Of a stretch of 50,439 nt of DNA, positions 46,008-50,439 are shown in pieces. Made by a program: the position numbers and the translations under genes. Location: contig DQTE01000318.1 of NCBI GenBank assembly GCA_015662905.1, forward strand, positions 1 to 50,439, given 5' to 3'. How positions within the stretch are numbered: position 1 is the stretch's first letter; each line of letters begins with the position of its first letter. The DNA comes from Crocinitomix sp. Its GTDB lineage: Bacteria; Bacteroidota; Bacteroidia; Flavobacteriales_D; Crocinitomicaceae. The notes under the pieces are model-generated. The model was not told the DNA's origin. It did not search any database and saw nothing but the letters and a program-made list of their open reading frames with translations.

Positions 46008-49000
46008 ATGAAGAAAAATAGAATTTTATTTGGTACACTTGCATCAGCTATCGTTGCAGTTGCATTTATTACTTTGCCTACAACTCAAAATGGAGTTTAT
46101 CAACCAAGAGAAAATCAGAAAAGTACAGCTACACCTGAAGGAGCTTTTGATTTTTATTCTAAAATTAGATCTAATGTGTCAACAGGAAATGTTGAGCATG
46201 AAGATTGGGTAAGAGCAAAAAATGAATTTGCCAATAATGTATATGTTGATAGGGCAGTTTTAGGTTGGGCAAATGATGGTCCTTCAAACGTAGGAGGAAG
46301 AACAAGAGCAATACTTATAGATAAAGATAATCCAACTCACTTATTTGCAGGTTCTGTTACAGGTGGATTGTTTGAATCAAATAACGGTGGTAACACTTGG
46401 TCTAGGGTATTAGGTCTTGACGCAAATTTATCTATATCTTCAATGTGTATGACAGATGATGGTAAGATTTACGTAGCAACAGGACATAAAGCAGAAGTGC
46501 CAACGCTAGCTACACAACAGAACAATAACAATACGGGGGCAATGGGTAAAGGAATTTATGTGTCTTCAAATGACGGATCTTCATTCACAATGATTACTGG
46601 TACAGACGCTTATACTTTTGTTAATGAGGTAGTAGCTAAAGGTAATGATGTTTTTGCTGCTACAAATGAAGGCTTAAAAAAGATTAGTGGTAGCAATATT
46701 ACCCAAGTAGCTTCTTTAACGGGAGAATGTAAAGCTTTGGCAATTCAAGAAGACGTTATTTTAACTAATGTAGATGATGACACTTATTTATCAACAAATG
46801 GGGGGGCTTCTTTTTCTGTAGTAAGTGGTTCTGTTTTACCAACATTGCAAACAGGAGGAAGGGTAGAATATGCTATATCTGACACAAAACTTGGAGGTTC
46901 GTACTATGCTTATGCAATCATGAGTACCCCTATAGGTCTATTAAAAGGCGTATATAAATCAACAAACAATGGTTCAACTTGGACAGAAATTGCACCAGAA
47001 AACACTGGGGCGGTTGGTGCTTTCGGACCTTTATTAGGGCTTGGAAATTATGCTTTAGCTATATCGGTTTATCCTGGAGATCCGGAATCAATTTTAATTG
47101 GAGGTATAAACATTTATTCAAAAACAGAAAACGGAAACTGGGAACAAAAATCAAACGGCTTTGTAAGTCCAACCTTTTCATTTTATGTTCACATGGACAT
47201 ACATGAGTTTCAATGGAACTCAAATGGTACTCTTTATATAGGAAATGATGGAGGTATTACTTACTCTATTGATCAAGCTGCATCTTTTGTAGAGGCTAAT
47301 AGAAATTATGGCGTAACTCAATTTTATACTGTTAGTGTTGCACCTAATGCCAGAATTATTGGTGGAACACAAGATAATGGTAGTTTAGCTAATTTCCACG
47401 ACAATGCTTTTTACAATGATTTTGACAGGTTGTCAATTGGAGATGCCTTTGATTGTGCTATTTCTTACATTAATCCAAACATATTTTTCATTTCAAATTA
47501 CAACAACTCATTCTTTAGAACTGGAGATGGTGGAGTATCTATAAATCCTTTAGACTTAGGAGCCTATTATCAATCTTTTGGTACTGAACCGAGTTTTTCG
47601 CAATTGGAATTATATGAAAACCCTAACGACTTAAATTCAGAAGATTCAATTTTATACTATCATTATGATACCACTTATAATGCAGGAGATGTAGTTGAGG
47701 TTAACTCGCAAACCTCAGGTGCCATTATTGATTTTGTAACACCAATACAATTGCTATTGCAAGATACGTTACATTACGATCCTGCTGCAACTACCCAAGA
47801 TACACTTATTGTTACAGATTCTATTGCTGGTGTTGCTCAAACGCTAAACATTAATTTGGTTAATAGCTACACATTTATTAATACTTCTCAAGCACCTACA
47901 ATTGATGTTGGAGATTCACTTTATATAAATGCAAACACAGACGACACAATAATTGTTAAAGCTATTGTAATGCAAGACCACTACTGGGGAACAAACTCTG
48001 CTAGACCAGGAGTACTTGTTGATATGGGTGAAAATTTAGTCACATATAACGTGCATTGGGACACAGTAATGGTTCAGGACGTATATCAATCTTGGTTAGC
48101 CGTTGGTAAAGGTGATGGAAGAGGCGTATATTTAACAAGAGAAGCACTTAGGCTAGGAAGAACATTTAAAGCAGAGGAAAAAGGAATGTTTATTATGGCT
48201 GGACAAGGCATGACTGGGCTTGTAAGCACTATGGAGTTTTCTCATGATGGAAATCATTTATTTATAGGAACAGAGACTGGTGAAGTGTGGAGACTATCTG
48301 GCATTGGGAGTATATATTCACCAGATTTAACTGAGGGCGGTCCTATTGGTTCTTCTTTGGACACAGAATTAAATTTCTTGAACGGAAACACAGCTACAAC
48401 ATTTACTCTAATTGCAAATTTTGGTCAGTTTGTTACTAATATAGCAACTGACAAACAAGATGTTGACCACGTAATTGTCACTCTAGGTCAATTTGGAGGA
48501 ACAACCGACAAAATTCAAGAAACAACAAATGCAACTGGTATGGCTACTTTTACTGGAATTGATGCTGGTTTACAATCTAATTTCTCACAAAAAATACCTG
48601 TGTATAGTGTGGTAATAGACAGAAATAATGCTAACACCATTTTAGTAGGAACAGACTTTGGTGTATGGCAATCAACTAACGGAGGTACAGCATGGGAAAA
48701 TGTTTCGGGTGAATATGGCAATGTTCCTGTTTATGAAATGATTCAAGCTTGGAGAACTTGGGATGAGGGTAATTATATTCCAGGTAGAATTTATATTGCT
48801 ACTCATGGTGCTGGTATATGGCATACAGATGATTACTTAGGTACGATTGAGGCTCAGGACAACTTAGCTAAACAAGATTTTGTGTCTGAATTGATCATTT
48901 ATCCTAATCCAGTTACATCAGTTGGAAACATTGCTTTTAATTTAAACTCAGATAGTGATGTAAATATAAATGTATATGACTTATCGGGTAGAGTTGTTAG

Positions 49001-49136
49001 AACCATTAGTAGAAATAATTTAAACGCAGGTGATAATATCATTTCTATTAATGCCGAAAATTTACCAAACGGAACGTACATTGTACAGTTGACTGCTGGG
49101 AATATGATAAAAACAACTAAGTTTATTAAGCAATAG
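46008..49136 (+). CDS. T9SS cargo: BNR/Asp-box beta-propeller protein with type A CTD
   Basis: GPSNVGGRTRAI, several S.(N/D)GG.(T/S)W Asp-boxes, HMDIH, GNDGG, GGTQDNG, ATHGAGIW; IYPNP..VYDLSGR..GTYIV CTD. ATG at 46008. Confidence 0.85.
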   Translation: MKKNRILFGTLASAIVAVAFITLPTTQNGVYQPRENQKSTATPEGAFDFYSKIRSNVSTGNVEHEDWVRAKNEFANNVYVDRAVLGWANDGPSNVGGRTRAILIDKDNPTHLFAGSVTGGLFESNNGGNTWSRVLGLDANLSISSMCMTDDGKIYVATGHKAEVPTLATQQNNNNTGAMGKGIYVSSNDGSSFTMITGTDAYTFVNEVVAKGNDVFAATNEGLKKISGSNITQVASLTGECKALAIQEDVILTNVDDDTYLSTNGGASFSVVSGSVLPTLQTGGRVEYAISDTKLGGSYYAYAIMSTPIGLLKGVYKSTNNGSTWTEIAPENTGAVGAFGPLLGLGNYALAISVYPGDPESILIGGINIYSKTENGNWEQKSNGFVSPTFSFYVHMDIHEFQWNSNGTLYIGNDGGITYSIDQAASFVEANRNYGVTQFYTVSVAPNARIIGGTQDNGSLANFHDNAFYNDFDRLSIGDAFDCAISYINPNIFFISNYNNSFFRTGDGGVSINPLDLGAYYQSFGTEPSFSQLELYENPNDLNSEDSILYYHYDTTYNAGDVVEVNSQTSGAIIDFVTPIQLLLQDTLHYDPAATTQDTLIVTDSIAGVAQTLNINLVNSYTFINTSQAPTIDVGDSLYINANTDDTIIVKAIVMQDHYWGTNSARPGVLVDMGENLVTYNVHWDTVMVQDVYQSWLAVGKGDGRGVYLTREALRLGRTFKAEEKGMFIMAGQGMTGLVSTMEFSHDGNHLFIGTETGEVWRLSGIGSIYSPDLTEGGPIGSSLDTELNFLNGNTATTFTLIANFGQFVTNIATDKQDVDHVIVTLGQFGGTTDKIQETTNATGMATFTGIDAGLQSNFSQKIPVYSVVIDRNNANTILVGTDFGVWQSTNGGTAWENVSGEYGNVPVYEMIQAWRTWDEGNYIPGRIYIATHGAGIWHTDDYLGTIEAQDNLAKQDFVSELIIYPNPVTSVGNIAFNLNSDSDVNINVYDLSGRVVRTISRNNLNAGDNIISINAENLPNGTYIVQLTAGNMIKTTKFIKQ

Positions 49137-49155
49137 ATTAAAACTATAATATACT

Positions 49156-49186
49156 AAGCCATTCCGTTTGGAGTGGCTTTTTTTTT
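49156..49186 (+). terminator. Intrinsic terminator
   Basis: AAGCCATTCC-GTTT-GGAGTGGCTT followed by a T run. Confidence 0.85.
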
Positions 49187-49189
49187 GAT

Positions 49190-49687
49190 ATGAAAAAAAT
49201 AGGTTTGCTATCGGATACACACGGTTATTTAGATCCAAAAATATTTGAACATTTTAAAGGGGTTGATGAGATTTGGCATGCGGGTGATGTTGGTAATATT
49301 GAAATTATTCATCAATTAGAACAGTTTAAACCCACTAGAGGTGTTTTTGGAAACATTGATGATGCTAAATTAAGGTCGTTTTGGAAAGCTCATAATGCTT
49401 TTATGTGTGAAGATATGAAAGTTTTAATTTCGCATATTGGGGGCAAACCATACAAATATAGACAACAATCGTATGGACAAATTCTGAAAGAAAAACCAGA
49501 TATTTTTGTTTGTGGGCATTCGCATATTTGCCTAGTTCAGTTTGATAAAAATATTAATGCCCTCTGGCTTAATCCGGGGGCATGTGGTTACAAAGGATTT
49601 CATAAAGTTAAAACTATTTTAAGGTTTGATATTGATGGTAAACAAGTAAAAAACATGGAGGTTATTGAACTAGGCAAAAGAGTCTAA
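49190..49687 (+). CDS. YfcE-like metallophosphoesterase
   Basis: SDTH, HAGD, GNID, GHSH, NPG. Confidence 0.92.
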   Translation: MKKIGLLSDTHGYLDPKIFEHFKGVDEIWHAGDVGNIEIIHQLEQFKPTRGVFGNIDDAKLRSFWKAHNAFMCEDMKVLISHIGGKPYKYRQQSYGQILKEKPDIFVCGHSHICLVQFDKNINALWLNPGACGYKGFHKVKTILRFDIDGKQVKNMEVIELGKRV

Positions 49688-50319
49688 GATAATTTACTTT
49701 CAGATTTACCTAATTTAACCTTAATAAGATATTGAAACAAAATAATTGTTGTTATTGTTCCTATTAAAGAACCAAATAATACATCTATAAAGTAATGTTG
49801 TGATAAATAGACCCTTGAAAAAGCTGTTAAACAAGCTAAAAAGCCATAAAAAAAACCCCATGTTCTTTGTTTACTGATTAAAGTTAAAAATACAAATAAA
49901 GAAAACGCTGCTGTTGCATGACCAGAAGGAAACGAAAAATAATGATGAGTTTCATAATTAAAATAAGAGGGCAAAAGGTTAAGGTTTTCTATATTAAAAG
50001 TAGGTCTTTTATATTCTGTAAACACATTTCGTTTTAATAATTGAGTAATTAAACCAGATACAGCGTAAGTTATTAACCCTATAAGGGCATATTTATAGCT
50101 TTTGAAAACTGCAATTATAATATAAATGGCTAAACAACCCCAAAACTCAACAGAATAAGTTAAAATGTAAAACAAATAATTTAAAAAAGCGTATTGATAT
50201 TGATTGACCCACACGTGAGCTTCATTTTTATTAAATCTAAAAAGAACAAGTGTAATTAGTAAAATAAAAACAAATTGAATACTAATAAAAGGTGTTAACT
50301 TATGTATTAATTTTTTCAA
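49684..50319 (-). CDS. PAP2-family membrane phosphatase
   Basis: K......RP, SFPSGH, SRVYLSQHY..DV. Confidence 0.92.
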   Translation of the reverse strand: MKKLIHKLTPFISIQFVFILLITLVLFRFNKNEAHVWVNQYQYAFLNYLFYILTYSVEFWGCLAIYIIIAVFKSYKYALIGLITYAVSGLITQLLKRNVFTEYKRPTFNIENLNLLPSYFNYETHHYFSFPSGHATAAFSLFVFLTLISKQRTWGFFYGFLACLTAFSRVYLSQHYFIDVLFGSLIGTITTIILFQYLIKVKLGKSESKLS

Positions 50320-50322
50320 AAC

Positions 50323-50439
50323 TTACGCTTTAAATTTTGGGCTTTTTTCTTTTACCTCTTTTAAATAACCCTTTATTTTTTGTTCGTCTTCTTTTTTAAC
50401 AATCATTAAAACATCATCAGCTTCAACTACAATGTGGTC
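50323..50439 (-). CDS. C-terminal end of a probable mannose-1-phosphate guanylyltransferase (5'-partial)
   Basis: Hand translation DHIVVEADDVLMIVKKEDEQKIKGYLKEVKEKSPKFKA* matches the IVV...D.L.I.....EQ.IK tail of ManC-type GMPPs. Confidence 0.65.
   Translation of the reverse strand, partial: DHIVVEADDVLMIVKKEDEQKIKGYLKEVKEKSPKFKA

Noticed and set aside
2689-49081. Short ORF-track entries nested in or antisense to real genes (e.g. 2689-2880, 16271-16618, 19228-19557, 20876-21205, 45059-45598)
   Set aside because: They are shadows of well-supported genes, with no motifs or independent promoter/start signals.

Overview
AT-rich chromosomal backbone of a Bacteroidota (Flavobacteriales-like) bacterium. 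The assignment rests on TAnnTTTG -7 promoter boxes, the absence of obvious Shine-Dalgarno sites, T9SS C-terminal domains and the panC / GT5-like / DUF4270 / glmS gene order. There are about 48 densely packed CDS. Housekeeping genes include grpE-dnaJ, metK, panC, glmS, lpxB, menG, lipA and ctaA. The window also has two dispersed bacillithiol genes (bshB1, bshA), several peptidoglycan enzymes and three T9SS cargo proteins. I saw no rRNA, tRNA, CRISPR array, transposase or phage genes. The best second-look items are: (1) an exported protein fusing a PTP/DSP-like domain with an Arg-less P-loop (HCWNGWHASG) to two OmpA_C domains; (2) a dihydrolipoamide-dehydrogenase-family flavoprotein that has lost both redox cysteines; (3) an unannotated, truncated orphan DUF1778/TacA-type antitoxin ORF; (4) sigma54-like promoters upstream of grpE and tonB, with a TGAC repeat array at grpE; (5) a WYL regulator divergent from an NlpC/P60 + MORN-lipoprotein pair; (6) a degenerate SLOG-like protein. 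All family calls come from reading motifs by eye; no searches were run.
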